Source: Chiloscyllium plagiosum (taxonomy: Eukaryota). Taken from it: DNA of 64,000 nt. The DNA is taken from positions 7,914,835-7,978,834 of the forward strand of contig NC_057752.1 in NCBI RefSeq assembly GCF_004010195.1, read 5' to 3'. The notes beneath the pieces were generated by a model. It was not told where the DNA came from. It did not search any database and saw only the letters and a list, made by a program, of their open reading frames with translations. Positions 63,201 through 64,000 of the stretch are shown one piece after another. Made by a program: the position numbers and the translations under genes. Each line of letters opens with the position of its first letter. Position 1 is the stretch's first letter.

Positions 63201-64000
63201 AGCCCACATAACCTATACTAACCCACTATCCTCCATATGCCTATCCAATGCCCGCTTAAATGCCCATAAAGAGGGAGAGTCCACCACTGCTACTGGCAGG
63301 GCATTCCATGAACGATATGAATGGTAATGACATTACACAACTAGACATATACAATGAATATTTATTTAAATGCCATACCCTGCCAAATGTAACAATATCT
63401 CCAGACTGATTAAACACCACATCTCTAAATCTCAGATCCCAACCATTGTATCACTCTGGGCTCATACCTGACTTTCAAGAGCACACTCTTAAGCATTTAA
63501 CACTGTTGCAAACCACACAGTCAGGTCTTACAGTGCACACACACACTATCAGCTATTCAACTATTTTGACCAGATTACATGGTACTCTTTGGGGATCTTC
63601 ACTCTCCTTCCCAAAGTGAATCACCTCACATTTAGCTACATTGAATTCCATTTGCCACCTTTCTGCCCAGCTCTGCAGCTTCTCTATATCCTGCTGTAAC
63701 CTGCCACATCCTTCCTCACTGTCAACAACTCCTCCGACTTTCGTATCATCCGCAAACTTGCTCACCCAACCTTCTAACCCCTCTTCCAGGTCATTTATAA
63801 GTTAGAGGAGTTAGAATCCTTGAAAGTGGATAAATCGTCAGGGCTAAATGGGTTGTTCCCTCGCACTTTGAAAGAGGTCAGGGAGGAGATAGCAGATACA
63901 CTGAAGATTATTTTTCAATCTTCACAACACAGGTGAGGAACCAGAGGACTGGAGGAATGCAATTGTGGTTCCATTGTTTAAAAAGGGTACAAAGGAAATG
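60300..64000 (+). mobile_element. Long degraded CR1 (ORF1 esterase-like region, endonuclease, start of RT) with nested CR1 at about 61055-61545(+), HE1 SINE at about 62190-62495(-) and CR1 at about 63135-63800(-)
   Basis: VIRDSIVRDTDR (GDS-like) near 60490, VIITGLLPV in ORF 60639..60893, YYRPP near 61900, PEDWRNAIVVPLFKKG at the window end. Confidence 0.82.

Overview
Vertebrate genomic DNA, almost certainly a cartilaginous fish. This is inferred from HE1-type SINEs, very dense CR1 LINEs and a shark-type minisatellite. The + strand carries the 3' part of an extended synaptotagmin-1 (ESYT1)-like gene. I reconstructed 20 coding exons by hand (4729-47700). All have GT-AG boundaries, the phases are consistent, and they total 2118 nt, or 705 aa plus stop. 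They cover the end of one C2 domain and four further C2 domains (C2A-end, C2B, C2C, C2D, C2E by comparison with ESYT1 as I recall it). The 5' exons lie upstream of the window. Introns and the downstream region are mostly nested retroelement debris: CR1, other LINEs, SINEs and LTR-like pieces, plus two assembly gaps. Four structures go beyond ordinary repeat annotation. (1) About 15 short Penelope-type insertions carry minimal hammerhead-ribozyme cores, often as fold-back pairs, most with 12-16 bp target-site duplications. (2) Two long inverted duplications of composite sequence (about 7.0-8.3 kb vs 12.0-13.1 kb, and 20.4-21.4 kb vs 52.6-53.4 kb) have near-perfect cores and diverged edges. (3) One CR1 appears 5'-inverted. 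(4) The exon-size pattern records the internal C2-pair duplication of ESYT1. Repeat boundaries were set by eye and are approximate, and no database searches were run.
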